Below, piece after piece: positions 17,501-23,341 of a stretch of DNA of 31,372 nt. Every line of letters begins with the position of its first letter. Positions within the stretch are counted from its first letter, which is position 1. The DNA is taken from IMG/VR virus record IMGVR_UViG_3300032318_001419, positions 1 through 31,372 of that record. One strand, written 5' to 3'. The translations under genes and the position numbers were made by a program. The DNA comes from a virus. Lineage: Duplodnaviria > Caudoviricetes. Under the pieces are notes generated by a model. The model ran no database searches, was not told the origin of the DNA, and saw nothing but the letters and a program-made list of their open reading frames with translations.

Positions 17501-20238
17501 TAGCCGTCAATGGAGTCTACCCTAACTTTACAACATCTGCTATAAAATTAGTCCCTACAATGGGCAACAATTTAGTTAGAAGTATCAAGACCACTATCAA
17601 ATATGACCGTTATCAATATGCCACTACCATTTATGAATGGCAAGCAGATGTGGTCTATACTGAAGGTGAGCAGGTACGTTGGAACAACCTTGTTTGGTCC
17701 GCTGATGCTACGCAATCGTCCGATACCTTTGTGGTTGAAGACTGGACTCTAGTCGACGCAGACTCACTGAGCGGTGTGGATCGTACTATGGGATTCTATG
17801 TGCCCACGGTAAACATGCCCGGTCTCAGTTTACCATTGCTAATAGACGGAATTGATTATCCTGGTGTACAAGTTGATGCCCCTGACTTCAATCAAAATAC
17901 TGGGTTTGATGTAGGCAACTACGATATCAATCCGTTTGATAATATTACAATTGATGCGAACGGCCGCCCAACCTATGATCCAGCTATTTTAGATGCTCAA
18001 TATTCCAGCTCATACCTAGACCCATATCTTGGCACACGAGCCACAGACATCAATGTAAATGGTGGCGTTTATGTTGGCCCGTTCAGTAGTCATGCACCAG
18101 AGGAACTAGTTCCGGGCAGCGAGTTTGATACTCTTGATCTGCGTGTGTACACACGTCCTGGCGCAGATTGGTCTCAACGTGGGCACGGATTCCCTACGGC
18201 TAATATCAAATATACAATAAGTCCATCTAATTTGATTTTGAGTTTTGCTGGTTTACTGCCATACACCGCCTTGGTGCTGGTATCAAATCAAAGTCAAAGT
18301 ATAGATCTACACGAAGGAACAGACTATACAGTTGATTATGTAAATCAAACAGTAACCATAATACCCGGAGGTAATACAATAAATGGTAACGTTATTGTAA
18401 TTACAGCCTACGAAATTGGCGGCGGAAATCAACTTTACAAGGCTATCTACAACGGTGACGATGTTGGCAATACCATTACCGTTCCGGTGTCTTATTACAC
18501 TGCTACTGGCGCTGAACAGATACAGGAATTTGTAATTTTTGTAAATGGCGTTATAACCACAGATTATACCTACGCTGCCGACGGAGATCAAAACACAACT
18601 GTTACATTTGGCACAACCTATACAATTACAGATAGCATCACCTTGTATGTGATTGCACCTACAGTAGTAAATGACACCACAGTTGATTATAGTTGGAGTT
18701 TGCCAGATACACAAATAATTACTGCCGACGGAACCACTCTGAATTTTACGCTTGATAACAGTTTAGAATATGTGAATCCTGATAGTTTGATAGTCACAGT
18801 CAATGGCAATCGTGCCAGAACTGCGGCTGGAATCCGCCACATAGGCGATGGTAGCACGGCCTACACCTTGCCTGAAAGATTAGGATTTAACCAATCTATT
18901 ATTGTAGACAATGAAGTAAATGTGTACATAGACGACATTCCTCAACAGCTATGGGTAGATTATGTATTAGAACCTAACGATGGCACCATAAGAGAAGTAA
19001 TCTTTATTTCAGAACCACCTATCGGTGCTGAAATATTAATTTATGTAACAACCAACACACAATGTTATGTTAGTAGTAATCAGTTGATATTTAATCCAAC
19101 CGGTGGTCTTGTTCCTGTCGACGGAGACATTGTAGCTGTTACTACATGGAACGACACACGCCAACAAAAAATACTAAGTCAGTGTTTTGTGGGTCCTATT
19201 ACCGAAGGGGGCATTGACGTAGAACCATATGATAGTACTGATTTTGATGTGGGTGACATTGCTGATGCTCCAGGCAGTTATGACTACAGTGCTGGTGTTG
19301 CAATTACAACAAATAATCTTGATATGGGAACAATAATAACTAACCCAGATCGTTTATGGGTATCGTTAAATGGTCGTAGATTATTCAACAATGTTGGATT
19401 CACAGTCAGCGGCTCTGAGGTGTTGTTGACGTCTGGTATTTTGGGAGCGTCCGACGTAGTGATGATTACACAGTTTACAAATTTTGTAGTGCCAGAAAGT
19501 ATGGCCTTCCGTATATTCCAAGACATGCGTGGAGTACAAGCCACTTATCGCATCACCCCGGCCACTACTACTGCTACTACCTCTGCTGTGACTATCAATG
19601 ATGATGTAATCTATGTGGCCAATGCTGGCGCATTGATAGAACCTAATTTTGAAGCAAACATATGGGGGGTTGTAACCATTGATGCTGAACGCATTATGTA
19701 TCGTTATAGAGACACAGAAAATAATACCATTAGTGGATTAATGCGAGGCACTGCTGGCACAGCTATTACTGCACACGCACTTGGGGCTACAGTTTATAAC
19801 ATGGGTCGCGGCAATTTGTTGCCGGAAGAATATCAAAACTATATTGTCAGCACCAGCACTCTTGCCAACGGTACTGAGGTACAATTCCAAGCACCAAACA
19901 TTACTTTAAACTATGATTCTGCAGAAGGTTTTGAATTGTTACCTTTTGACATAGGCACTGTAACAGGCGAATCAGGATCATATGACTTTGGATTAGGCGA
20001 TCCAACACAACAGGTAGAAGTATACGTTGCTGGAATACAATTGGAATCTGGATTTACCGTAATCTCTGGTAGCCCAGTAAGCGTATTGCTTGATGTAGCT
20101 CCGCCCGCTGGTGTAGAAGTCACAGTATTGGTTCGCCGGGCCGAATCCTGGTATCAACCAGGGGTTGGTACCGCTAGCAACGGTGATCCTTTGCAGATTA
20201 CCGAAACAGTGGCCGCAAGGTTTTTACGGGGCGAATAA
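5599..20238 (+). CDS. Giant (4879 aa) multidomain virion structural protein in the gp7-equivalent position
   Basis: Uninterrupted 14.6-kb ORF with a TAATG overlap with the gp6-like stop and a GGAG SD at 5588-5591. It contains FG-GAP-like repeats (LLVGAP, ILAGAP, IYVGAP, LVVGAP), CBM5/12-like W...Y..G..V motifs and many V.VNG..Q..G.DYT modules. Confidence 0.8.
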   Translation: MKQIRSVEFLPEIFQTPINKQFLSATLDQLVQNPEYTQTQGFIGRRIGPGVNANDKYVIEPTKVRTDYQLEPGVVQIDPADSRKVIDAITYPGINDALQLQGAFTNNADRLYTSDYYTWDPFVDFDKFVNYAQYYWVPGGPLAVDVSATDIPLTDSFTVTRANGVYTFSGVTGENPAITLVRGGSYTFNVAQNQSETVNFRVTNNDTSSWNIDFYPNPTLTLTRGNTYVFNLSQSFPWAFYFKTELSLGTTNVYSDGVFNNGAGTGLITFTVPQDAPDTLFYCNDVQLNLRGQINIIDGTPGTGPGFFIQSDPGVNGRVIATPNISSRDVLGVENNGEDLGTVTFNVPLADAQNFYYNMPSIGTVDLVTTLQFDQINNQFLEPFFEANTNGIDGITNLENRTVVFITQNSDPETGGWQETTFFDPLLNVGNVQSGTGSFDSTSFSQTTPITDQATQYSVWRIQYLTAEGSGDIYMSLQFVENVDLNNKFTVGFGTEYSSTGWYKNADGFFEQIPLLTADKNVLFYQDGTDPEIVGRINLVDIDVSTTIDVDTIIGSTTYTSPNGVTFTNGMKVVFRGNVYPTSYQNNEYYVEGVGTAIKLLAVTDFVTPETYTNSATIPYDTTPYDSDNFDGNLNQPTVPDYLTINRASPDLNAWTRSNRWFHIDVITASAEYNNTAPVVNNLFRARRPILEYRAGTRLFDFGTQGVGPVDIIDFVQTDALSNINGSLGYGVDGYNLITGSRIIFAADTDLEVRRTVYEVQFVVTNTNAEDSTIVDVPVIVLTPVATALVDQTTVILSGNTEQGLSYYYDGVAWIEAQKKISVNQPPLFDIYDENGSSFGNRAIYPSSNFTGSPLFSYAIGDAEPDLVLGFPLTYLSLTNIGDIVFDNNFYKDSFNYTINSVGQTVALSTGFVRQYSTRVTFEREIGWQTAVTPSLVRQQFQFTYDGSPLLLDVAVNANTTVPAVQIYANGTFQEAYNYQYTVGTNTTTINLLTTYVPGDLIEVTVLSDQVSVAGFYEVPTNLENNPLNDNSKEFTLGTIRNHYVGLAENLIALQGPAIGANNTRDLGNIVPYGLQILQQSSPLTLPGYFMRDESYNIFASLAYNSTEYIKFKSQLLNAVTTFGIADYDNWTVAELLDASIAQITLGRTDLNPFYWSDMLPTGTVFTSNSYTVNPITTSRFNTVQTYNFTESNYLGLCVYVNDVLLTRDYGYTVSTESATLTILVPLAVGDVVTINEYSDTAGNFVPNTPTKLGLYPKYEPKIFLDEDYVNPTPVIQGHDGSITVAFGDIRDQVLLEFEQRIFSNLKNDGNPPPLVAEDVIPGYFRSTDYTQAEVNQILGENFLAWVGANKLDYTQQTYIADNEFTYNYSQAGNRLDQKPLLGAWRGIYRYFYDTLTPNLTPWEMLGLSEQPEWWENTYGPVPYTSDNLVLWEDLAAGLIKDPVAPYIDPKYIRSGLTDVIPVDSQGQLLPPFYSVMGAYNPQGFVKSWQVGDGGPVEASWWSSSSYPFAVMRLLILTRPAEFFSLFADRDLYKYNAEFDQYLYDGRYRIQPQNIQVYGNGVSKASYINWIVDYNQQLGINSTDALTTDLANLDVRLCYRAASFIAQQNLSMYLEKSSPNSQNSSLLIPPESYNLLLYKNQPFNRINYSAVIVEVVDGGYSVYGYSTTDPYFSILESQITGLTQTLTGGNISVTVPKQYSNRTVQIPYGYTFTNLTSVVDFLLSYGQYLVDQGLTFAARENGYTLNWIQMAQEFIYFANQGWATGTIINLNPSANQVISFKAGAVVDSIVTYTPENVLLDQNRQAFNVRNLIVQREGNTFTLNPEPGGSQTISYLQLKFTDYENMVVLDNRTIFNDLVYNTATAERQSRLKLLAATSTQWNGTLNAQGFILNQNNVVDWKPNTKYTKGDIVLYKNGYWQASTIIQPKLKFEYTDWYKSNYDSIQQGLLQNLATKADQLANSYDTQTANLNRDNDLLAFNLIGWNPRQYMVDLDLSDTSQINLYQQFIKTKGTTRATDLFTQVNFNQLSAQYKIYENWGILAGTYGAQANRSWFEIALNEAVLTGNPSTVQIIQPGTESQADQTVLLSNLWAESYAIPTTDILPTTYTTDSDTALPSAGYVNLNDADITVFNLNDPSSIAANLNTVGNGTTIWVAQDNSYDWNIYQCAQVTGRLTQLIDNLNGTSRAQFSTTVNLAVGDLIIVRYFSDAVDGVYRVLSRPSIDSAVIQYAFTNSNQTTLTGNGIVFYLQTMRVAQSSDIGTLPYVNQLIPGATAWVDNDGSGHWQVLQKTNPFAPIDTLSATVPEANSLFGTSASQSADHYALLVGAPAASGGSGAVYTYRLGDVNDYVENTELFLTATDTEGFGGSVDFGNRTWSVAGASASNSGAGYAAVIYLVPGTNDYLQTQLLVAPDQNFSATGFGTAVQMSDNERWMYISAPGANQIYAYGRVDIPNQSVSYTANGTTATFVYNDNIMVNPAYPDQLLVTVNNNLQVYGTDYTINGVLVQFFNRPGNQNKVIIRRRQSVQLDFATYTGVVQNSTTGVGSGAIFTVANTRGDYSVSLTAPGINYTVGNQLTISYTQIDPNGSVANDITITVTEVTSGGITGYTWSGSGVDNTAVFSLVNYLYTATTYDSFTVRVGGQLQRPYIDYTFSSGTLTFVTVPAPGAIITVDSATIGAYWQYVNALDSNYYPITVDPNAQLGHSLTTNTVGTEILAGAPYDSAVDANGNTINNAGAVYAFDRSVVRYTISDPTQLTYAIPGDYTDPIAVVLNNQYLTNTAQYINGQFTVSGSNLVLSSSITLTIGDILEIETNQFQFVQKFTANNVVDESQFGYSIDICSNSCSIYVGAPLDSSASQVPQAGMVQREVNQSRIYGITTSTVANPTLTAGDTIRINNIEVTVPDSPNNTVAGLVTAINSAGIPNVIATNASNVVLAGDGKTKIFSVGNIYSSASAYTTVVYLDDVLQTAGVDYTYNNTTRQIAFISTPALGSEILVVAGRITLSVINLAAATEFNKLTVLPGVASNDSTIGSAFYDLGFVTYAYTQTITSPAPTDFAQFGSSLNVNTGAVNLVVGAPNGSVYEPTVFDGGETYFDDRSTTFFGYINNSGVVFTYDYLPSADSSLANPGKFVFGQQVYVTSLSTGDLFGTAVNYRNGRLLVGAPGSDLGDSSVNYGSVSVLNNAGDAAVWKVLYAQQPMVDVNLINSVYSYDKLLNSTQTYFDYIDPLQGKILGVARRNIDYIGAVDPASYNTGTVHNIGTSWGPGHEGEIWWDTNSVRFIDANQDNITYASRRWGQVFPGSTIDIYQWTASSVPPANYAGTGTPLSTTSYTVYSSIDNQGLLVTTYYFWVRGINTVATAYGKTLSATAIASYILSPASSGLPYIAALTANAVAIYNADTLLSAFDTILHVEYDRQAQGGDNDIHTEYNFIADGKADSFLNPNLYRKLIDSFCGATDSGSSVPDPLLSPGMQFGVQFRPRQSMFVNRFKALENYLGYTNTVLAQYPISETRSFRLLNSSEPTPAANSGAWDFEVATLEILAYQDLYVVPIGYLYLVLTDTNQDGRWTIYEVANGPLPGERVVNLVRVQNYDTSLYWNYIDWYLPGYNSSIQPVATVSNTAGLQTLSLSAAPVGSSVKVTANGRGKFEIYLRTNTGWDRVGLQDGTIEFSSVLWDYTAGGFGFDVEVFDANYFDQAPVAETRQIIKAINEELFIDDLLIERNQALILTFKFIYSEFTSPNWLVKTSFIDVDHIIRGLLPYELYQPDNQTFVIDYLNEVKPYHVQNLAFNLIYDGIDQYPGSLTDYDVPAYWNTTLDLPQFVSPVLTPYTYSNSVNQSFISDTSANAQIWLERPWSDWFNNYTLSLDSIDVVDTTTSYYDIPVVTIGAEWQASTTYTVGQQIAHRNNLYTVTVAGTTGTSAPTFTSGSSVDGTATLTYTGPRAQATAVLRANGTIATVTVNVTGSGYLTTPLIAVNGVYPNFTTSAIKLVPTMGNNLVRSIKTTIKYDRYQYATTIYEWQADVVYTEGEQVRWNNLVWSADATQSSDTFVVEDWTLVDADSLSGVDRTMGFYVPTVNMPGLSLPLLIDGIDYPGVQVDAPDFNQNTGFDVGNYDINPFDNITIDANGRPTYDPAILDAQYSSSYLDPYLGTRATDINVNGGVYVGPFSSHAPEELVPGSEFDTLDLRVYTRPGADWSQRGHGFPTANIKYTISPSNLILSFAGLLPYTALVLVSNQSQSIDLHEGTDYTVDYVNQTVTIIPGGNTINGNVIVITAYEIGGGNQLYKAIYNGDDVGNTITVPVSYYTATGAEQIQEFVIFVNGVITTDYTYAADGDQNTTVTFGTTYTITDSITLYVIAPTVVNDTTVDYSWSLPDTQIITADGTTLNFTLDNSLEYVNPDSLIVTVNGNRARTAAGIRHIGDGSTAYTLPERLGFNQSIIVDNEVNVYIDDIPQQLWVDYVLEPNDGTIREVIFISEPPIGAEILIYVTTNTQCYVSSNQLIFNPTGGLVPVDGDIVAVTTWNDTRQQKILSQCFVGPITEGGIDVEPYDSTDFDVGDIADAPGSYDYSAGVAITTNNLDMGTIITNPDRLWVSLNGRRLFNNVGFTVSGSEVLLTSGILGASDVVMITQFTNFVVPESMAFRIFQDMRGVQATYRITPATTTATTSAVTINDDVIYVANAGALIEPNFEANIWGVVTIDAERIMYRYRDTENNTISGLMRGTAGTAITAHALGATVYNMGRGNLLPEEYQNYIVSTSTLANGTEVQFQAPNITLNYDSAEGFELLPFDIGTVTGESGSYDFGLGDPTQQVEVYVAGIQLESGFTVISGSPVSVLLDVAPPAGVEVTVLVRRAESWYQPGVGTASNGDPLQITETVAARFLRGE

Positions 20239-20244
20239 TACAGG

Positions 20245-20250
20245 TAAATA
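20245..20250 (+). promoter_or_regulatory. Putative late promoter core TAAATA
   Basis: ggTAAATAaatcacaATG, 7 nt before the 43-aa ORF. Confidence 0.6.
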
Positions 20251-20257
20251 AATCACA

Positions 20258-20389
20258 ATGAGCAATAATACTAAACAACCAACTCCTGCACCAAAACGCC
20301 CTAACGAAACCGGGTCTATTAGTGTCGAGGGATTTATAAAGATTTTTGATCCAAAAACCAAACAAGTATTTTTGGAGAAACGAGCATGA
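20258..20389 (+). CDS. 43-aa microprotein similar to the N-terminus of the downstream protein (not in the ORF track)
   Basis: MSNNTKQPTPAPKRPNETGSISVEGFIKIFDPKTKQVFLEKRA*. It fills the gap, follows TAAATA and ends in an ATGA overlap with 20386. VEGFIKIFDPKTKQVFLEK aligns with IEGFVKITDPATGAVLLDK. Confidence 0.8.
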   Translation: MSNNTKQPTPAPKRPNETGSISVEGFIKIFDPKTKQVFLEKRA

Positions 20390-20991
20390 TTCAGCCAGGC
20401 CTATGTAAAATTGAAGGGTTTGTTAAAATTACAGATCCAGCCACAGGCGCAGTCTTGCTGGATAAAAAGAATGCAATTCATTACGAAAATATCAGTATCT
20501 GTATGGCCAACACTTTAGCCGATAGAAACACCGGATACATTTACAAAATGGCCTTTGGCAATGGCGGTAGTGCTGTGGATCCCACTGGTGTTATTACCTA
20601 TTTGCCCCCAAATACCACCGGGCAAAATGCCAGCTTGTACAACGAAACCTACAGCAAAGTAGTTGACGATAATTCCGCGGCCAACACGGATCCTGCCAAC
20701 AACTACATGACAGTGGTGCATACATCGGGCAATGTATACACTGATATTATAACTACCTGTTTGCTGGACTATGGTGAGCCCGCTGGGCAACAAGCATTTG
20801 ATAACAGCACCAATTTTAATGGTGAATATGTATTTGACGAGCTAGGATTACAGTGTTGGAACGGAAGCGCCAGTGATTTATTGTTAATCACCCACGTAAT
20901 TTTCCACCCTGTGCAAAAGAGTCTAAATCGTCAAATTCAAATAGATTATACTTTGCGCATTCAAACTTTAACTAACTTGAGTGCGGCATAA
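20386..20991 (+). CDS. Putative baseplate/tail-collar structural protein
   Basis: 201 aa with MAFGNGG and FDELGL...LLITHVIFHPVQKSLNRQIQIDYTLRI. This recalls fibre-attachment/collar domains (G.G...E.GL...L......P..K). It lies between the giant wedge protein and the fibre gene. Confidence 0.6.
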   Translation: MIQPGLCKIEGFVKITDPATGAVLLDKKNAIHYENISICMANTLADRNTGYIYKMAFGNGGSAVDPTGVITYLPPNTTGQNASLYNETYSKVVDDNSAANTDPANNYMTVVHTSGNVYTDIITTCLLDYGEPAGQQAFDNSTNFNGEYVFDELGLQCWNGSASDLLLITHVIFHPVQKSLNRQIQIDYTLRIQTLTNLSAA

Positions 20992-21019
20992 ATATGAGTA
21001 TATTACTTTGCGGTAAATA
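20989..21019 (+). promoter_or_regulatory. Tandem putative late promoter cores (TAAATA x2)
   Basis: gcggcaTAAATA (20989-20994) and gcggTAAATA (21014-21019), followed by a GGAG SD at 21029-21032. Confidence 0.6.
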
Positions 21020-21038
21020 CATGAATACGGAGCAATAA

Positions 21039-22319
21039 ATGTCATATACAATTAACTTAACAGATGGTGCGTTGTTTGCTACCATAGCAGACGGTACAAT
21101 TAATACTTCTAGCTCAATGACCCTAGTGGGCAAAAACTATGCTGGCTATGGTCAATTCTTAGATACTAACTTTATCCACCTGTTGGAAAATGCATCAAAC
21201 ACTACAGCTCCAGGAGCTCCGCTTACTGGTCAACTTTGGTGGGATTCTGGCAACAGCTTGATGAAAGTTTACACTGGAACCACATGGAAAACAATTAGTA
21301 GCGCCACTTCAAGTTCGACTGCACCGAGTAGTAATGTAACTTGCGACTTATGGTATGACACCGTAAATCAACAATTAAACGTATGGACTGGCACAGCATG
21401 GTTGTTGGTTGGCCCACAGTTCACAGCAGGGCAAGGTACAACAGGTGCCATTGCAGCCACAATCACAGACAACACCAGTGTCACTCATACAGTTATTGAG
21501 TTGTATGTAAACGACGACATTGTAGCTATTGTTAGCAAAGATGCTACCTTTACTCCTCAAGTGGCAATTCCTGGATTTACTACAGTACGTCCCGGCATTA
21601 CATTGGCCACAATAATTGGCAGTCAAGTTCCGTTGTTCCAAGGTACCTCCACTGACTCACAAGCACTCGGCGGTATAAGTGCTAGCTCGTTTATGCGCAC
21701 AGATGCCAATACCAGCACCACTGGTACTTTGTCAGTGACCAATAACACAGGATTATCAGTCGGCGCCAGCAGCAATTTTAGAGTGTCAGTGGCTGTTAAT
21801 GATGTTACCATAAGAAATCAAACTTCGGGCGGCAATCTTTATTTTGGTGTCAACGTAGGAGGAAACACCACCCCAACCCTGACCATGTTTGGCGCCAATG
21901 GTGCCATTAGTGGCAATCAAATCAATGCCAATTACGCCGACGTTGCAGAACGTTTTGAAGCTGACGTAGAATTGGCACCAGGCACTGTGGTTGAGCTTGG
22001 CGGTGTCAACGAAATTACTCAAGTTAATACAGATTTAAGCGAAAATGTGTTCGGCGTAATAAGTACAAGAGCAGCATACTTGATGAACAGCAATGCAGGC
22101 TCAGACGCTACACATCCCCCAGTTGCAATGACTGGACGAGTTCCTGTTAATGTGGTTGGTCAAGTACTTAAAGGCGATAGGCTTGTGAGTGCTGGTAACG
22201 GTCAAGCAAGAGCTGCAAAAGCAGGCGAAGCTACAGCGTTCAACGTTATTGGTCGAGCTCTAAGAGATAAATTAGACACAGGCGCAGGTACCGTGGAAGC
22301 AATAGTAACAATTAAATAA
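21039..22319 (+). CDS. Tail fibre/appendage protein with a C-terminal peptidase G2-like intramolecular chaperone domain
   Basis: The N-terminus has NFIHLLEN...APLTGQLWWD...LWYD fibre/baseplate motifs. The C-terminus NYADVAERFEAD...PGTVV...GVIS...PVAMTGRVPVNVVGQVLKGDRLVS resembles the DxAExF autocleavage region and the G.VPV...G.V..GD.L motif of phi29 gp12-type chaperone domains. Confidence 0.7.
   Translation: MSYTINLTDGALFATIADGTINTSSSMTLVGKNYAGYGQFLDTNFIHLLENASNTTAPGAPLTGQLWWDSGNSLMKVYTGTTWKTISSATSSSTAPSSNVTCDLWYDTVNQQLNVWTGTAWLLVGPQFTAGQGTTGAIAATITDNTSVTHTVIELYVNDDIVAIVSKDATFTPQVAIPGFTTVRPGITLATIIGSQVPLFQGTSTDSQALGGISASSFMRTDANTSTTGTLSVTNNTGLSVGASSNFRVSVAVNDVTIRNQTSGGNLYFGVNVGGNTTPTLTMFGANGAISGNQINANYADVAERFEADVELAPGTVVELGGVNEITQVNTDLSENVFGVISTRAAYLMNSNAGSDATHPPVAMTGRVPVNVVGQVLKGDRLVSAGNGQARAAKAGEATAFNVIGRALRDKLDTGAGTVEAIVTIK
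22313..22318 (+). promoter_or_regulatory. Putative late promoter core TAAATA
   Basis: atTAAATAat overlapping the fibre stop codon, followed by an AAGGA SD (22324-22328) and ATG 22338. Confidence 0.55.
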
Positions 22320-22337
22320 TATTAAGGATCATATAGA

Positions 22338-23321
22338 ATGACTTATTCAGTAGGCGGGTTAATCCAAGCAGTGGACTATAATGGGTTTGTTAGTACTACC
22401 ACAGCAGCCAACGTTAATATAACCTGGAGTACAGGCGTTGCCAGTGCCGGTTGGGGACAAACTGCACTGAGTACAGTAAGTGCTGGCGGTACAGTTACAG
22501 CAGCACAATGGGCCAGCTTAGTTAATACTTTGTCGTCCATGGGCAGTCAAACTGGTACAACAATTACTTCAAGAACTGCTCCAGTGGCCGGTAATGTGAT
22601 TAGTGTGTTGGCCAACGTCAACACTGATTTATCAAACTGCTACACTAACCGCGGCAATGCCTCAGCCAGTGGAACAGCATACGGTATATTCACCGGCACA
22701 ACAAGTAAGACGTCAGCAACCAGCAATGGCTCACAAGGTGCTTGGACTATCACGTTTACGCACACTATAACATTTCCAAGTGCCGATCAAGCACGTTACT
22801 TCTTTAATGCTGGCGGCATTGTAAAACTACAATTTGGCAAATCTGTTAATTCTACAGACATTGACGGAGACTGGAACACACTTGCTGGATGGGTAGGATC
22901 AATCAACATTACCGGTGGTGCACAAACCATTGCCGGGCAGGCCTACACAGGTACCACACGTTTGGGTGGTAGCGGTGGTACACAAACAACTTTATCTACC
23001 GGCACAGGTTGGTATGCATTAAGTGGCTCAGCGCAAACTATATTCCAATTAAACAACAGCGGCGGTGCGTACACAGGGCAATTTATACGTGTCCAGGCAG
23101 CCTCGTCGGCTACTACAATGACCTTGACTACTGTCTGGTCACAACCAGCTGTTACTGGCCCAGGACAAACAACCAATATTTCGGGTGGTACCGCAACTAC
23201 TAGCCCAAGCACCACAATTACAGGCACAGCACCTACCACCTTGTGTACCTATGTTCCACCAAGTACAAGTTTCCTTACCAATACCTGGGGCACTCCGACT
23301 ATTGCGGCTAGTGTAGCGTAA
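22338..23321 (+). CDS. Ser/Thr/Gly-rich putative virion structural protein
   Basis: 327 aa with a good SD and a late-type motif. It is very rich in T/S/G/A, carries the motif FPSADQARYFFNAGG and is the last gene before a hairpin terminator. Confidence 0.7.
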   Translation: MTYSVGGLIQAVDYNGFVSTTTAANVNITWSTGVASAGWGQTALSTVSAGGTVTAAQWASLVNTLSSMGSQTGTTITSRTAPVAGNVISVLANVNTDLSNCYTNRGNASASGTAYGIFTGTTSKTSATSNGSQGAWTITFTHTITFPSADQARYFFNAGGIVKLQFGKSVNSTDIDGDWNTLAGWVGSINITGGAQTIAGQAYTGTTRLGGSGGTQTTLSTGTGWYALSGSAQTIFQLNNSGGAYTGQFIRVQAASSATTMTLTTVWSQPAVTGPGQTTNISGGTATTSPSTTITGTAPTTLCTYVPPSTSFLTNTWGTPTIAASVA

Positions 23322-23341
23322 TAACAATATTAGTATTACCA

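Noticed and set aside
2796-20123. Short nested or antisense ORFs within the gp6-like and giant genes (e.g. 2796-3050, 11282-11527, 18307-18714)
   Set aside because: They have no motifs or expression signals and are expected by chance within or opposite long coding frames.
5599-20238. Intein, intron, diversity-generating retroelement target or recoded stop codons in the giant ORF
   Set aside because: No intein terminal or LAGLIDADG motifs, no reverse transcriptase and no TR/VR repeat pair were noticed. Genes tile fully in the standard code, ending in TAA, TGA or TAG.
20994-21038. 14-codon ORF MSILLCGKYMNTEQ* in frame with and directly before the fibre ATG
   Set aside because: It has no SD and spans the promoter motifs and the fibre SD, so it is most likely chance. 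There is no evidence for read-through.
21340-21360. TCDLWYD where fibres usually have GDLWxD
   Set aside because: A single GGC>TGC change could be a polymorphism or a sequencing error. It cannot be interpreted without reads.
23318-23339. GTAATA/TATTAC inverted repeat before the terminator
   Set aside because: It is only 6 bp and AT-rich, so likely chance.
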